Assembly (NCBI RefSeq): GCF_000022265.1
Contig: NC_011979.1
Location: 3,210,001 to 3,242,000, forward strand
DNA: 32,000 nucleotides
From: Geotalea daltonii FRC-32
GTDB lineage: Bacteria > Desulfobacterota > Desulfuromonadia > Geobacterales > Geobacteraceae
Direction: 5' to 3'
Part shown: one piece after another, positions 31,349 to 32,000 of the stretch
Numbering within the stretch: the stretch's first letter is position 1
How the letters are laid out: each line of letters starts with the position of its first letter
Translations under genes and position numbers: made by a program
The notes under the pieces: model-generated
What the model saw: only the letters and a program-made list of their open reading frames with translations
What the model was told of the DNA's origin: nothing
The model's database searches: none

Positions 31349-32000
31349 TTTTTCAAGAATTTTGTTACTCGCCGGACATCTTTGACCGTTACCAGAGGGT
31401 GAACAGGAAAGGTTATCAGTTCGCGCGCCATTTTTTCAGCGACTGGATATTCCTGGTTGAGAAACAGCTTCCTGGTCTGTTCAATGTGATTGACCGGACC
31501 AGGGTAACCCGGCATTATTCCCAAACCTGATCGTTCTGCATCATCAAGGATTTCCGTCCTGAGCCTTGAATCAGCGATCCCGATCGGGAAACGAATCAGG
31601 TCAGGTACATTTCCAGGGTTATGAAATATTCTTCCGGCCCTGGTTTTTCCCGCAAAATCTTGCCAGCACATCACTATTTCCTTGCGGGCACGTTTAAATT
31701 CGTTGATTTTGCCCAGCCACCTTCTGGCCAGTCCAGCCTGAAAGGAAGACATGTATTTCAAGGTAAAGGTGCTTGGGTAAAGGGTCTTACCAAGCCCAAG
31801 GAACGGTATGGACTTGGGTAACCAGAAAAGAGACGGCCGCATAAACAGCCACAATATAAGTCCCTGAATAACCAGCACCAGGTTTTCAATGAAAGTACAG
31901 TGGGGCAGCATCTGCAACCGTGTTTGCAGATGCTTTGCAATGTCGTCCCTGTTTGTGACGATTATTCCCCCCTCGACCGTTGATAGCGCCTTTCCCCGGC
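31342..32000 (-). CDS. DegT/DnrJ/EryC1/StrS-family sugar aminotransferase (C-terminal part; gene runs off the right edge)
   Basis: The reading frame stays open to position 32000. The translation is ...GKALSTVEGGIIVTNRDDIAKHLQTRLQMLPH...GYPGPVNHIEQ...ELITFPVHPLVTVKDVRRV. The K....GG.ivtn motif and the l.lP.hp.l tail are typical of this family. Confidence 0.75.
   Translation of the reverse strand, partial: RGKALSTVEGGIIVTNRDDIAKHLQTRLQMLPHCTFIENLVLVIQGLILWLFMRPSLFWLPKSIPFLGLGKTLYPSTFTLKYMSSFQAGLARRWLGKINEFKRARKEIVMCWQDFAGKTRAGRIFHNPGNVPDLIRFPIGIADSRLRTEILDDAERSGLGIMPGYPGPVNHIEQTRKLFLNQEYPVAEKMARELITFPVHPLVTVKDVRRVTKFLKKW

Noticed and set aside
1-32000. CRISPR arrays, tRNA or rRNA genes, IS elements, integrases and phage genes
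   Set aside because: No regularly spaced direct repeats were seen, and no cloverleaf-like or rRNA-like segments in the short intergenic regions. No ORF has transposase or integrase motifs. The only mobile-type element is the higBA pair.

Overview
The window is almost entirely one large cell-surface or exopolysaccharide (EPS) locus of the PEP-CTERM/exosortase type. It comes from a Gram-negative bacterium; the taxon cannot be fixed from sequence alone. Layout: (i) At the left edge on the minus strand, a PrsR-like sigma-54 activator overlaps the start of a Crp/Fnr-type cNMP-binding regulator by 29 nt. Next to them is a small secreted Fn3-dockerin protein. (ii) A plus-strand operon at 2906..16195 encodes an AsnB-like amidotransferase, a NadE-like ATP-pyrophosphatase, an acyl carrier protein, an acyl-AMP ligase, a GNAT-fold acyltransferase, a NodB-type deacetylase, a Wzm/Wzt-type ABC-2 exporter, three tandem paralogous GT2 genes and a GT4. 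(iii) A higBA toxin-antitoxin pair sits exactly where the two operons converge. (iv) Two paralogous secreted modular proteins lie on the minus strand at 17114..20106. (v) A minus-strand operon at 32000..20448 encodes a DegT-family aminotransferase (partial), GT4, EpsI, an exosortase, an ATP-grasp ligase, GT2, GT4, a membrane GT2, a Wzy/O-antigen-ligase-like protein and two GT4s. No rRNA, tRNA, CRISPR array, transposase or integrase was seen. The window also lacks a PEP-CTERM substrate, a PrsK kinase, an initiating phosphoglycosyltransferase and Wza/Wzc. The main points for follow-up are: the PrsR-like receiver lacks its phospho-acceptor Asp; a near-identical CRP-type box (TGTGA-N6-TCAC) sits upstream of two secreted-protein genes; an ACP/ligase/GNAT/deacetylase/ABC-2 module suggests de-N-acetylation followed by re-acylation; the locus carries an unusual number of amide-forming enzymes; exosortase-EpsI-GT4 form a low-GC block; and the two secreted paralogs share a gene-conversion tract. 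All homology calls rest on motif recognition by eye and none was confirmed by database search.
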